64,000 nucleotides of DNA, taken from NCBI GenBank assembly GCA_051362555.1, contig CM120645.1:23092934-23156933 (forward strand), written 5' to 3'. The notes under the pieces are model-generated. The model searched no databases and was not told the DNA's origin. It was given only the letters and a program-made list of their open reading frames with translations. Positions 39,700-54,300 of the stretch are shown piece by piece. The stretch is from Lingula anatina. Lineage: Eukaryota > Animalia > Brachiopoda. The translations under genes were made by a program, and so were the position numbers. Within the stretch, counting starts at the first letter, position 1, and each line of letters opens with the position of its first letter.

Positions 39700-42285
39700 C
39701 TAGTAGGCAGTCATATTGGAGCTGTTGAAGAAATTGAATGCACCATACTGCCCTATGGGGGTCTTAGGCGATGCACACTGATATATGATGTCGAAATCGT
39801 CGGACTGGAGGTGGGTCCTGTTCAAAGTGGGTTCTGATTGGCTGCGGTGGAGTTTGGGCATGTTGCGAACAAGAGATTCCAAAGATGCTAATATCTGTGG
39901 GAAAAAAAACAAACAAAGGAGTAATACTACATTTTTAATAAATTAACGAAAAAATTTATTCTACTAGAAAATTAATTAAATGTAATACTAGACCTTACAT
40001 TGAAATGAAAATCACGACATTTTGACCTTATCTTAAGGCCTTCTTCAGGTGAACCGATTTTTAAGTTAGAACTGGTGACTTCCCTACCTGTGGAAACAAT
40101 GGCCTTTCATCTCTGATGAACTTACAACAGTCCTCCATCAATCTCTTGAAAGCCTTGGGGGTACCTGTCCTCACCTTGCTCATGTCTGGCTTCAGGTAAC
40201 CCTTCCCCACCATGAACAAGATCTGAAGACAACAACATACACAGAATCATTGATGTGTTACGCAGACATATCTAGAGATGTCATGTGATTTATGAAAGAG
40301 ATGAGATAGATGTGTGATATAGATATATGTGATATATGATATGGATGGCATGACGTTATATGCTTTATTCAGTTTTAGGGGTGTTTTTCAGTGAAATATG
40401 AGTACTTTCATTATGCATTTCAAATAATACACTGCCACCCCTATGGAATATATGCCTTGAACACCTCTTGGTGACTCTCCAGGTGTTCGGGCCTTTAGAG
40501 TTTGGGTGTCAATGTATTATCTTTAAAAACTTCCTAAGTCCAGAAACAGATTAATTTTTTTGTTTTTGGTAATATCCCAGAACATCATAGCTCTCTCACC
40601 TGGTCTTTATTACTTATATTCTGGTATGGCAGCTGTCCCGTGATCAGCTCATAGGAGACAATGCCAAAGGCATACACATCAGAGTTAAATGTGTACGGGT
40701 TTTCTTCTTTCATGCGGATTACTTCTGGTGCCTGCAACGAAATAATAACGCAGTGCTGAACCTATTGGGAAAAGTACAGCTTACACAGTTGCCATCTTGA
40801 CAAATAATGTTCCATACATATTATTTAGGACAGACTCCCATTGCTGATAGATGTTTTTTTTTTTTTTTTTTTTTTTTTTCTTTACTGTTAATTCAATGTT
40901 AGACATCAGAAGCACATGTTTTGGGTGTGTCGAGTTACCAACAGTAAACTGACATCAGAGGCAAAGAAAGAGCACTGGAGAGAAATTCTTCAAAATTTCA
41001 GTAAATTTCAAAATTCTACCTTAGCAAACGCGCAGTTTTTTTTTTTCACATAAGGATTATAGCTTTAAAGCATGAAAGTTAGGAAAGTTTAGCTATGGCC
41101 ATTTACTGAGTTAACATTCTTTGTGAAAAGTTTCAATGCAGACTTTGTCTGCAGACTTTGTCTGAAAGAAAGACAGCAGACAACTAGAGGATCAGAGAGC
41201 CAATACCACCTCCTGGGCATGTACCACCAGCTGGATTAGGCATAAAAAGGGAATGAAAAACGAAATTCCTTACCATCCACAATATAGAGCCTGTGGGCTG
41301 CTGGAACTGGTGAGACCCGCTCCACCTTGTCTTCACTGTGGCCAGGCCAAAATCTCCTATTTTTACCGTTAAATCATCGTGTAAAAATATATCTGGAAAT
41401 CTTTGTTAAGGATGTTACATTCTATTCATTGCACCATTTATAATAATAAAGTCAAGTAAATTATTTAACAGCCAGTCAGTTGTTTGTGTCTTTATATGAA
41501 AGGTATTCTTCTTCCTTTATAACATGTGTCTGCATTATAAAATCTCAGATCTCTCCATGTGTTTCTGCTCATAAACTTCACATACATTTTCAACCAAAGA
41601 TGTAGTGATGAACATCACAGGCAGGATCACTGAAGAAACACATCTCAACTCAAGTCTATCTAATTATACCGGAAATCTTGGAAATTAAATAAATTCTGAA
41701 CTATTTTCCTTAAAGAGCATACAATTTCAACAATAAGAGAAGACTTTAAAAAGTATTAAACTTTCAATACTTTAAAAACCTTCGTGTCTTTCACACCATA
41801 TAACACAAGGATACTGTTAGTTTTCAGATCACGATGGATGATAAACTTGGCGTGAAGATAACTGAAACAAAAAAAAACTTGGTAATTAAAAATGGCGCTA
41901 TGCTATCTTGTTCTGATTTTAAGACTGGTATTTTTGAATGCAATGATAATTTTAACATAAAACAACGAAACTACTTTGACTTGTATAAATAACAGCAATT
42001 TAACAAGTACCTCTTGTAGTTCGTTCATAGTTTAAACATTTTTTCAACTTTGTGCTGCTGTGACAGAGTAAACAATGTCTGGCAACGTTTATTCTATTTT
42101 TTCTTCTTTTTGAAAAACCATTGAACATAAAAAATTATTGAAAGTGTGATAACGATTCAACACCACCACACTGACCATCATTCTCCATTAGGCCTTGTGT
42201 ACTTACATAATTATATTTCTAACAACTTTATTTCTATCAATGTAGTAAATTACAGGATGTTGAAATGAATACTGTGCAAGTAAAA

Positions 42286-42321
<36 letters not shown>

Positions 42322-45300
42322 TCACAAACTCCTTACTCCATGCCCTGTGCTGTCTGTCTTGCTATGTCAATAAGCTGTATCATATCAAACTTGGACTCTA
42401 ACACGTGGAGATGTTTGTACAAGCTAGAACCCTCGCACCACTGGGTTACTATGGCCAGCTCCGGCTTTGACACACAACCCATGAACAGAAGGATGTTCAC
42501 ATGCCGAGTTTTTCTGGAGGAAAAAACAGAGAAAGAAGTAAAACTTTAGTCATGCTCCAATATCGGCCATATAAAGCGAAAATTATAATTTCTATTTTTT
42601 CTACAGATTAATATGGTGAAAGCAGGAGGTGAGGAAGAATACTGAATAAGAAAATGGATTATTTTAGGGTTGCAAGCTCCAGACATTAATGTTAATTCTA
42701 ACCATTTTAAGGCATGAATTCATTTTTCTTTCAATTGCTATAGTAGACTATGTATAATATGTCTTTGACAAGTGCACTCATTCCAAAGGGCTGTTCACGA
42801 AAAATTTATCAAACTAGCTACTGTGCACTAACTCCATTGGGACTCTCACTGAATACAATCAGATGAAAAGACTTGTATTCAGCAGGAGTCCTTTGTGCAC
42901 AGTAGGTCCTGTTTGTGCACAGTAGGTCCATAAATTCACTGTGAATGGACCCCAAGGACACTGAATTTTACCTGAGAACAGCCACTTCATTCTTAAATGC
43001 TTGCATCTGGGCAGGTGTAGGCTCCACCACATTCAACTTCTTGATTGCAATCGGCCCGTGCCAGAATCCTTTGAATACAGTCCCATATGATCCAGACCCT
43101 ATCCGCGTATGATACTCAATCTCGTCCATCGGGATTTCCCAGTCTTCATTTGAGTCTCGCCTTCGTCTCTATTAAAAGATTCAAAGATCTTGGTGAAAAC
43201 ATTTATATAAAATAATTTTCACATATCTGACTCGCCAAAAGTCTTTCTGACTCAACAGTTAGTCAAAACTCTTTCCGACTCACCAGCTTAGCAAAAACTC
43301 TTTTTTACTCACCAGCTTAGCAAAAACTCTTTTTTACTCACCAGCTTAGCCAAAACTCTCCATCACTCACCATCTTAGTAAAAAAACTTGACTACTCACC
43401 ATCTTAGCAAAAACCCTGCCTTACTCACCAGTTTCTTCCCCAGCTCTGACTGGTCGGAGCCTGACCTGTGCCTCCATGGCTTGGTGTTGGTCGGGGAGGT
43501 GTTGGTACTCTGTGATTTGGTAGGACTACTGGCCGGGCTCTGGGGGGTCATGCCAGCAGGGACAGTCAACCCCTGGGCTGTGGAGGGGGGAGGAAGGAAA
43601 AAGGTATCAATTATTAGTCTTCAAGACCTGTGACCACAGGTCTTATGACATAAATATAGTGACATGTTTGGCAGGCATGAAATATAGCCTTAGGAACAAT
43701 TCAAGCAATTTGTTGCTTTAGGGAATTGAAAAAATTTAATAAAATCAAAGAACAGTATGGTATCAAAATTCCATTCAACTTATTTTCTTCTTCAGTTAAT
43801 TGGAATCTGGGTTTTGAATTTATGTTCAGCATTTGATGAAAAGTGAAAATATACACAAGTGGGATTCTCAACTCTCAAATTATCTGAAATATAATGGACC
43901 TGTTTCATGCATACCACTACGTACAGAACAGTACTTCAGCAGCAGTTATCGAACTTCTTTAATTATCAGGCATCTCTGCAAACACTGTGGCACTGGGTCT
44001 CCACATCAACAATAAACTGGCATAAAATAGTCAAATAATGGCTTTCTGGCAAAATAACCACTCAGAGTTCTGGCAAAAATGGTTCTAAAACATAACAATC
44101 TTGATTTTTTTTCTTTTTTTCATCGCCCCAATGTAATGACCACAGTGCTTGCTAGGAAAGCTTCAATTACTGGCTGCTTCACTCAAGTAATAACTTGTAG
44201 ATGATCTGTTCACAGCATGGTCTAATCTACTTCTCTGTTATAATTAAGCATGTATGGTATATATATGGGCAGTAAATCAATCTAATATACAGATTGAAGT
44301 TTAACTGGATTGATAGAATAAGATTACAAAAGGATTTTACTGGTTTATTGGCAAGCTTCAGATGATAGTAAAATGGCATCCAGGGCTGTCAGCAATTATA
44401 CCTTTCAAAATATGAACTACATCATCGAGTTGTCTTGTTTTCATTATAAGCAAAATAATACTTGACAACAAAGAGATCATGTATTCAATACTGTGAACAA
44501 AAATATAGAATCATAAATGCTGGCAACCCTGTATGTCTACTGCCTAGCACTGCTAGTTTAATACAGGTCCTAGAAGACTTTAGGGAGGGGTGGGGGTTAA
44601 ATCTTGTTTCAAACCATTTACACACTTAACCACGTTTTTAAATAGGAGAGGTTTAAAGTTTGGCATTTGAATGCAATTTCACTTCAAGGCTGATACTTAC
44701 AAACACCTAAAAAGAAAATTTGACAGTTTTAGATATAAGACAAATCTTATCATTTTAGATATAAGAGAGAATAATTTTTTAAACTAAGCACAGTCCAGAG
44801 AAGTATCTATGGGCATTGTGACAAAAGTCTCAAGCTGGCTATAGACTGGCCATTGATAAAAAAGACATCAAGTTTAGCTTTGATATCACTCTTCTGTCCC
44901 ATTACTTTAGAACCTTTTCTTACTGGGTGTGACTCTTGATTGTGTTAGGTGTGATCCTCGATTGAGTTGGACGTGAAGCTTGTGTGTGTTGGATGTGACA
45001 CTTGATTGTGTTGGATGTGACACTTAAGAGTGTTGGATGTGACAATTGTATCAGGTGTAAAATGTTTGTACCTGTCATGACATGATGTTGTTGGGGAAGG
45101 GAAGGTTAGGAAAATGCCTGTGGGGGCCCTTTAACATGCCAATCATAATCATTAATATTATAATAATCATTACTACAATGTTATTCCAAGCAACACCCAT
45201 AAAAGCAATCTACAGAAAATTTTAAACAGTGGTTTACTAAGAATCATCATTTTTCTTTCATTTCAGTTAGGTTAACGCAAGCCACCATCACTTTGTGCAG

Positions 45301-48300
45301 ATCAGACACAGACTGATTTTTTTTTCTTTTTTTATTTTGTACTAAAGATGGTCTACAGGAATATTTCACCAGGAAGAGGATAATTATCAACTGGTATATT
45401 ATAAAATAGTCTGGAGAAAATGTTTTACATGGGGGAAAGTATACATCATTCTGTGTCTGAATGCACCTCTTTGTTTTTTAACATTCTTTTGTTACATAAG
45501 TTGGGGCATGTTCACAATAAACAATTATTTGAAAAATAAAAAGAAAGCCTGGACTTTTTCAAAGACCATGTTTTTGGTTCATACCTAATTCAACTGAAAC
45601 AATAAAATTTGACATTTTAGCAGATAAAATAATGCAATGGCAACAGAAATAAACAAACTGAAATTTTAGGTTTTGTGCATTAAAATGACCCCCCCCCCCC
45701 CAAAAAAAAAAAAAAAAAAAAAAAAAAAAGAAATAATAAAGTTTATTTTGAACATGTAACCAAAAAATTTAGTCGTTCATTAAAGCTCAAAACTTTTGTT
45801 GGTATTAATAACAGATTTTTAATGATTAGTGGGTTTAGGAATCTAGTCAGATAAAGCAAGCAAAACAGTCCACCCAACTGCCTGCTATACCTCGAGATAT
45901 TGTAGCATACTGAAAATGTCTACTGGGACGGGCTGGAGCGCTACTGTCACTGGCGTGACGGTTTTTATCTTTAAAATTAGGTCTTGGAAAAGGGTCTGAA
46001 AATGATAAGAATACAACATATGCTACTGCTAATCATAAAATAATTGTAAAAAATAATAAAAAGAAACAAACAAAGAAGCAAAAAGATACATTCATTGGTC
46101 ATCGGTATGTAAGGAAAGGTAGCTCAGGGCTATGGGTTGTTACATAATTGTGACAAATAAGACAAATAAAAACAAAATATCAGAAATAAAAAGCTGTATA
46201 AATTTGTGTACTTGGTCACTCCTCAGTAATTTTTCCCTCTGTCACATCTTCCTGCCACCAACTGTGGCATGACGTTAATTATAAAACCAATCAACTTTTT
46301 TAACTGACAAATTTCAACGCTAATTTCCTTTTGATCTTTTATTCTTTCTTTTTTTTTTTCAGAAAAGTAATCAATTCTATCAAATGGACCATGGCATGAA
46401 AAAAAATTAAAAATTTTCTCGGCTCCCACAATAATATTAGCACACCCCGACTTCAACTCTGCGTAATTCCTCAAAAGATCCCTCCCTCTTCTGGCATTGC
46501 TGATTGTTATTTCACAACTCATAACACTGTTTGTGCAATAAATACTTTACAAGGCTATATAAAGTGACGGTCCAACAAATCATCACATTATTTAGCTGTG
46601 CAATAAAACACCACACGCATGTCATTAAATAAAAAAAATTATACCACACGCGATCAACAGCTTCAAGTTAAAGATTACACATAATACTCCTAATGGCAGA
46701 CTTCAAAGAAGCAAATCAACAACAACAACAACAACAACAAATTCAAGTGTGACAGCAATGTTATCAATTTAATAATTGTACCCTTACCTGGAGCACCAGA
46801 AATTATTCTTCTAACATATTCCTGAAGAAAAAAAGAAGAAAAGTTAATAAACTGATAGACTGGCTTTAATCCTAAAGTTTATAATCCAAAGTATTCCTTA
46901 TTCGAGATTAACTTTTGCTGCAATAGTCTAAATATTACTCACATGATGTAAAATAACTTATCATATTTCGAATAGATTTGACGCTATAGAACACTTACAT
47001 CAGCATATCTAAAGAGTTTCCACAACGCATTACGAAAACAAGTCCAAAAATCAGGAATTTGATAATGTTAAGATACAAAAAAGACAATCATGACATCATA
47101 AATGAACCAGGCTGTCTGACCCATTTGATCTATAAATAAGATTTTTCAAAGCAAAAATTACTCCTCTTAGTTTTCACATGAGAAAAATGGTGAAGCACAG
47201 CTAGACTCAGACAATATGCTGAAATGGCTATGTCTACGTATTATATTACATTTAGGCATGATATAAATAGAGCAATCTGATGCATGCTTTCCACTTCCTC
47301 CAATTTCTCTACGTCACTGTGTAATAAAAACTCAGATCAGGTGACAGTTCTAATATTAAAACTATTGAGCAAAGCCTATTAACACACAGATGTTTGGCCA
47401 TCAAAAACAGAAAAGAAAGAAAAAATTGAAGTAATTGAAAAATAATAATAAAAGGTCCACAATGATAATAGTACAAATATGATAATTAAAATAACATATA
47501 CTTTGAAAAGATCTGGTTAAGCAGATGGTTTTATATGGCCAGTTGAGAGTCTGCAAATAACACTACTGTGAGTGATTTTTTGATGAAAAGTGGATACACT
47601 GTCAGGCACTATAGTTTGCTTTTCTCGTTGTCAACTGCCATCTTTGCTTCTCATATTGAAAGTCAGCTAAGAGTTGCATTCTATTACAGTTGTTTTACCT
47701 ATCAAACAGAAGAGATACTTTTCCAAATGCTTTTTTAGGCTCTAACTGTAATCTAACTGTAATCATCTGCAGTTAGGAAAATCTTGTATCTGTGGACTCA
47801 ACTTGACACTAACAACCTTTTCCACATGCGAAAGAAATCTCAAAATCAAACATAAAAATACCCTGCATTGTTATTGCAGAGCCAATGCAAAAGTTTGCAC
47901 AAAATATATTTTTAAAAAAATTCATGAAAGAAAAACTACAAAAAATCTGATTAAAATCTATGTCACTGAAGACAATGCACAAATGACTACGATTCACGTC
48001 TTGCGCTTTTCAGTTTCTGGATTCTATCCAATATCTAACCTGCAGCTTGGTGCTGGGCCAAGTTCTCTCTCCATGACAAAATGATTAAAAAATTATTGAT
48101 TTCTGACATTCAACATATAAAAGTGGAAAAGGTACAATAAACAGTTCCAATTTCATGTGGCCATTCAGTATAAAAAATGAATCGGGAAATAAAATATACA
48201 CTACAACATGGTACAGAAGAACATAGGTGCCAACTCATGCGGTACCATTTACGAGGATAAAATGTGAAAAAAAATCTTGGACAAAAACAGAGTAAAATGG

Positions 48301-51300
48301 GATAATTAAAGTGTGTGTACACCAGTGTTTCTTCATAACTGTCATTTGAAAACTAAATTTTCAATTTGCGGAAGACCAATTTCTAAATCAGTAGCTTGAA
48401 ACAAAATAACAGCACAGTAAGTTATTAAACCAATCTGTCAACCAAAAGCATTGTATTCCCTAAAACTTTTATCCTTTCTACCCATTGTCAGCAGGTCTTT
48501 CAAATATTAGCCTCTTTTACAACATATGCTAAGCACGAATACAAATAAAGAGTCCAAAATGAAAATACTAATTTTCTAATAAGGTACTTTTACTACTTTT
48601 CACCATTGATCAAACTACAAAAACAGACATATTTGTGCACGAGAGACTACATGTGAGAGAAAAACACAGCTGACTACTAGATAACACATGAAACGTGTGC
48701 TTAGCTACCAGCTTAGATTCCAATCCAATGTGACTATAGCCAATAAATACTGTACAGCAATCCTCGACGTTCACGTACGTACCTCGTCTACATCTGAGCC
48801 AATAGCGTGCAAGCATACATTAGGTGCTGAGGAGGAACGTTCTGTGCCAATTGCTCTACCATTTTGGTTCTGAGGAACTGCCTGAGGCGGTGAGGCCAAG
48901 TTACTATAGAAACACGTAAACATGCCTTGTAACTATGGCAACGGTGGAGTGGTGGTACAGTACCATTGGTGTGGTTTGACAACTCACAGCGACCTCTGGT
49001 GGCGAGGGTAGGAAACAAAACACTCAAGATGGTGGCCAAAGTCAGGACTTTTTCTCCCGACAATTCAATCTATATATATTTGAAATGTGTTTATATTGGT
49101 TCAACAAAGAGAGTCCAATGTTGTGCTGTCAATTTGGCCATCTTCATCAGTTAAGATTCTTCGAAAACTTACGTTCTGACAGTGGAGTTGGTACACAAGT
49201 ACAGAGACCTCGACAGTTTGAAACAAAAATCTCAAACTCAGTGTACGACATATGGGGAATTTCACATTGCACATGGAATTTATCAATTACCAGGATGTAC
49301 TGTGCAGGTTGCTTATAAATTTAATTTAATCAGGTCTGTTTTGATTTATCGCATGTGAAACCAAACAACCTTTTGCAACTCTCTAACAACGTGTTTCCCC
49401 ACTGTAAGAATAGTTTTGTTTCCTCCCATCCCCCACAAGGGGGCACTGTGCCACACCCACCCTTCTGTACCCTGGGGACAATATACATCATCATATGCAC
49501 ATCAGTAGTAAGGGGAGGGGAACAACAGCAGCAGTGGTGCCAGTGGCTGCAGGCAGGAACAACAACAAAACACACAATATCGGGGATACAGAAAAAAAAA
49601 AAGAAACCATGCACATTGTCTGCATCGTGAACTCCGACCTCTCATCTCGGCCTACCTCTTGCCCGATGTCCGCCATGTTCACATGACAGGACACATTTGG
49701 TGCCGAGTTGGCACGGTCGCGGCGCTCCAGAGGCGGGGCTCTGCCGGAACGCGGCACACTCACAGGGGAGCTGGGCAGAGGCAAAAGTTGTGGAGCGTTT
49801 TGACCATTAGGGTCGGCTAATAAACTGAAATAAAAGGGGTAGACAAGGATTTGGTTCTCGTGGCTTGCACACCCGGGGGTCGGCCATGTTAGATGAGATG
49901 CTGTTAAAACCAAAGCAATGTTAGAGATGACTACTCACCATAAGCAGAGTATGCAGTTTGAGAATAAAATGAAGTAAAGTAGAAAGGCTGTTGCAGTTGG
50001 AGAGAGTGTGTTGTAAAACAAGATGGTACTAGTTGGTGAGTGTTGTGTACATTGCTAAACTCTGTGTTCATAGTGCATGTAACATAAGTGATGATAGTAG
50101 AGTTGTTATTACAAGAAATGTAGAGTAAGTATTAATTGTCCAAAGCACTGTTAGTATGATGAGAACTTGAGAACAGACTTGCAGCTGACAAGCTATTTCA
50201 TCCTGTGCAAACCCCTTAATTCTTACTCCCTTTCTTTACAAACTTTCCTGCAACATAACACCTGTTGGCTATGTTTACAGACTATTGATATTTGAGAAAT
50301 TACAGAACTGGCATCAGACTAGCAGATAAAAATTTGAATTTTTCAAAATGGACTATGAGCAATTTAAGTGGTTGCTATACACAAATATTTCACGACAGAT
50401 AGATTTCATCTTTGGGCTACTCAATTTTGAATAATTCCAGTAGTCTTCCGAGGTCTACTAGACTGCCAGATCACTGAGCTGAACAGTGTAAAGTACAGTA
50501 AGCTCTTCATATTGTGATTAAACTAACTACTTTATTAGCAAAGCAGCAGTATTTATATTTGCATTTCATAAATATAAGAAAATTATGCCTTGCCTACTGA
50601 GTTGAAAATAAAGCATTTTGCAGTAGAGAATGTTGCAGGTAAAGTTTGTGAGAGAAAGTTTTATAATAACAAGTACCACATTGGGGTTAGGGATATCAGA
50701 GCACTTCTATGATATATCCTAGAATATAAACAAACAGTTTGATAATTATGCAAAAATCATATCTACTATGAATTAGTAATAACAAGCCGTAGGGTCAAAT
50801 TCTTGGTTGGATTTCACCTCAGGGGTATTAGTCAAAGTTACAAACAGTTTATCCACAAGTAAAATCCAAGGTAAAACCTGGAAAGTACTGAGTTTAAATC
50901 AAGTGTTAACCATGTTTAAACCCAGTATCAAAAACCCCAAGTTTAAAACTGACAAGAAACATGGTGCTTAAGTATTTCAAATGACAAGGGTTGGGTTAAA
51001 ATTCCTGTATTATTAATTCTTTTCCCATCCCATAAAACCATGCTGCTAGTCTGTGCTAATAAATCTATGAGTGGTCAAAGCAAAGTATTGGCAAGTACTA
51101 AATAAATAAACATACATATGTATATAATAGCTACGCAAATACAAAATACATTGAAATATATGTTACAAACAAAGAAAAAATAACTTCTTTATACATTTTA
51201 CATAAGTTGAACAATATCCCAGTACTTCAATATAATTATGCAAATATTACTCTGAGCAAGTCATTAAAAATACTTTACACTTTACAAAGTTATCCTTTAA

Positions 51301-54300
51301 ATCAACACTGCTATAATCTGTACCAAGAATAATGCTGGACAGACAGTTAACCACAAGCTTTACAAATTTGTTTTTTAAAGATGCCAACCATCCCACTTAC
51401 TGTTTAAATTGCTCTAACATGTCTTTTTCACTGAAGGGTTTCTCTTTGGTGACAGACAAGAAGACGTCGTTGGTGTCCTGTTGACAGAGAGCAGGCACCC
51501 TGTCTGCACAGCGCTGGTGAAACCTTGACATAATGTAGGACATAATTATACTATACAATACCCAATATAGAACAATATACAGCACAAGTATGTAAGTCAA
51601 ATTAATAAGATTTGTGCTCTTGCTAGGTCTGACGACGGAATGGATCTGATACTGACATTTTCAGTTTTACATTTATATTTTCGGTTTTCTTGATCTATTC
51701 TTACATATATATTACATTACAATTTTTATTATCTGTTTAACAGTTCTTACTTGTATCCACATGTTTGACATCTAAAGCCCTGAAATAAAATTCTTCGACA
51801 GCTATCACAGAATGCAAGGACGAAAAAAGTTTTCCGCACCTGAAAAGAGAAAATTTTAATTTTCAAAAATTGAGTTTCATCAGTTTGGGCATGTTTTATC
51901 AACTCTTATTCTGTAACAAATTAACGTTAAATTTTACCAAAAAAATTGTTAACCACCTATCTTTTTTGAGAAATAAATTCAAAAGTGGACTTCGACAGAC
52001 ATGTGCCTAGGTTTCAAAAAAAAAAAAAAAAAAAAACTCTGAACATTTATCTTGGGACCCAACAACTAACCTTTACAAATCTCAGGAAACATCAGAATTG
52101 AATTTTAAAATGTGGAATTTCACTTTTCCTTGGAAAAAGCTCATTTCTGCTTCAAGGTTCTATAATGTCCAATAAATGGGTTAGCGCGGTGTGCCAGCGA
52201 TACTTACAAAGTTGTGCGACAGTCTGGTGGTAGGCGCTTTGTTTTTCTTGATTTCAACGACGAGTTCTTCGGCTGCCAAAGCAGAGATATCCACATCCCA
52301 ACTCACCGGAGATCTGCCGAAAAAATACATAAAAATTCCAGTGAATAAGGTTGATTCTTTGAATTTTGAAAATAGCTGAAAATAAACTTGAGTGTTCTTA
52401 TTGTCAAATTGGGCAAAAGAGACTAAATTGGGTAAAAGAGAGACTGAAAATGAACCCAAATAGAAATTGAGAAGTTCAGTGCATTAGAAGGCACTATGTA
52501 TGTTTCCAAGAGTATATAGAAACAAGACAAAAAAAAAAAAAAAAAAGAAAGAAAAACAATCATTCATGTTCTTAAGGAAATGAAATAAGACCTAAAACCA
52601 CAAAAAGTTGAAAGCCAAATGAATGCACAATATGCCAAGCTGCACCTGCCAAGTTTTGCATGATTAGTGGTGGTGGTGGGGAGGGGGGGGGGCACTCACC
52701 TTTTTGGAAGCATATATACAATACAGGACTCTGGGATCAATTCCCTCCTCTTCATTGCCTTTCCTAGTGCTTCCTTCAGTGGGATTCCTGGCTTCACTTG
52801 GAACTGTGGAGGACAACAAAAACAAAGGCTACAGACTGATATACATCGAAGGACAAGGAAACAGCCTGTATCTCTTCACTGCACATTCAATATATTACAC
52901 AACATGGTTGATCTTGAGCTTAAAAGTTAGGTCTACTCTGGGGTAGCGCTAGCAATTTTTTTTTTTCGCTTAGCCAAATCATCACTTTTTTGTAAATTCG
53001 TTGTGAAAATGGTTTTAATTTGACTAAAATTCATCAAATCAAGTCATTTTTGTTTAGCCAATTTAAGTCAGTTTTAGCATTTGGCTAAATTGGCGAGTGC
53101 TAGTGCTACTCCAGCTACTGATTCACAGTAAGCAAAGGATCATACCGACTCAAAACAACCAACACTAAAACAGTTTTTATTTATTGATTTACAGAATGCT
53201 AAAAGTTTATCATCAGCAACTTTTTAAATTAAATGTCAAAGAAATGTGCTAGGGTCATTCCCCCCACCCCCACCCACCCACCCAACCTGAAGCTCACCGT
53301 AGTCTTTTGTTGGTTGGGTAACTGCACCCTGACAAGAGACTTGAGATTAGCCTTGTCTGTCGTCTGTCCCGCCTCAGGGGCGGTGGCCTGGGCCTGTGAG
53401 TGCTCTGGGGATGTCAGGCTGGTAGTGTAGGGTCTGGGGGGAGTGGGCAGCTCAGAGGGCGTCGGCTCCTGCAGGCTTTTGTGGGGGAGTTGATCTTTGA
53501 GGGCATCTTCCTTCTCCTGCAGCTCGTGGATCTTTGTGGTTAACTCATTGTATTCCTAAGAAACAACAGGGTGTGAAACAAATAGGGGTCATTCTTTGTA
53601 AAAATATGTTTAAATATTTGAGCTTAATGACACATTTCTGAAAAGTCTACGTACACTCCCTTGGCTGAATAGGCACAAAAATGTTTGGTAACTCTTACAT
53701 ATCATATATGTATACAGAGGGCAGGTGTGGATACTTACATCTAGGTATAGAGAGGGCAGGTGTGAATACTTACATCTAGGTACAGAGAAGGTGGGTGTGG
53801 ATACTTACATCTAGGTACAGAGAAGGTGGGTGTGGATACTTACATCTAGGTATAGAGAGGGCAGGTGTGAATACTTACATCTAGGTACAGAGAAGGTGGG
53901 TGTGGATACTTACATCTAGGTACAGAGAAGGTGGGTGTGGATACTTACATCTAGGTATAGAGAGGGTGGGTGTGGATACTTACATCTAGGTATAGAGAGG
54001 CTGGGTGTGGATACTTACATCTAGGTATAGAGAGTGTGGGTGTGGATACTTACATCTAGGTATAGAGAGGGCAGGTGTGGATACTTACATCTAGGTACAG
54101 AGAGGGTGGGTGTGGATACTTACATCTAGGTATAGAGAGGGCGGGTGTGGATACTTACATCTAGGTATAGAGAGTGTGGGTGTGGATACTTACATCTAGG
54201 TATAGAGAGGGCAGGTGTGGATACTTACATCTAGGTACAGAGAGGGTGGGTGTGGATACTTACATCTAGGTATAGAGAGGGTGGGTGTGGATACTTACAT

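Noticed and set aside
44924-45071. Possible RAF exon made of the 22-bp minisatellite (CAG acceptor, GTAAGA donor, open frame)
   Set aside because: Phase 1 to 2 does not fit the neighbouring exons, and the unit contains no donor, so it is not counted among the donor arrays.
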